Shown here: piece by piece, positions 24,000-24,000 of the stretch
How positions within the stretch are numbered: position 1 is the first letter of the stretch
Layout: every line of letters begins with the position of its first letter
NCBI GenBank assembly: GCA_052387115.1
Contig: JBQTJM010000184.1
Coordinates: 1-24,000, forward strand
From: Gammaproteobacteria bacterium
GTDB lineage: Bacteria; Pseudomonadota; Gammaproteobacteria; JACCXJ01
Direction of reading: 5' to 3'
Length of the DNA stretch: 24,000 nt
Translations under genes and position numbers: made by a program
Notes under the pieces: model-generated
What the model was told of the DNA's origin: nothing
The model's database searches: none
The model's input: the letters and a program-made list of their open reading frames with translations, nothing else

Positions 24000-24000
24000 T

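Overview
This is a GC-rich chromosomal segment, about 65-72% GC on the lines I hand-counted, and probably proteobacterial. All family calls rest on motif recognition from memory; no search tools were used.

Left part (1-6313):
- A secreted S8 subtilase with RTX-type calcium-binding repeats. It runs off the window and is absent from the ORF track.
- Upstream of it, a nonsense-truncated duplicate of its own pre-pro region.
- comM/yifB, apaG, a DUF4394 protein and a DUF2845 lipoprotein-like protein.

Centre (6598-9213): three eukaryote-like sterol-tailoring genes.
- They are a DHCR7-type sterol reductase, an ERG2/sigma-1-receptor-type C-8 isomerase and an SC5D/ERG3-type C-5 desaturase.
- Together they would carry out the consecutive Delta8 to Delta7 to Delta5,7 to Delta5 steps of late sterol biosynthesis.
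- They have lower GC (about 55-58%) than their neighbours.
- This is the most interesting content of the window.

Right part (9316-23337, all on the minus strand): a complete tad/flp type IVc pilus operon.
- Canonical genes, in order: flp (54 aa, missed by the ORF track), tadV, cpaB/rcpC, secretin, small lipoprotein, tadG-like, two tadE-like genes, tadZ, tadA, tadB, tadC and tadD.
- Two non-canonical genes sit between tadV and cpaB. One is an ICMT/PEMT-family membrane methyltransferase of about 50% GC whose start overlaps the tadV stop (ATGA). The other is a 453-aa classic AAA+ ATPase.
- A structured GC-rich repeat element occurs twice in inverted orientation. One copy splits the operon between the tadG-like and tadE-like genes; the other lies upstream of flp.

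No tRNA, rRNA, CRISPR array, transposase or integrase was seen.
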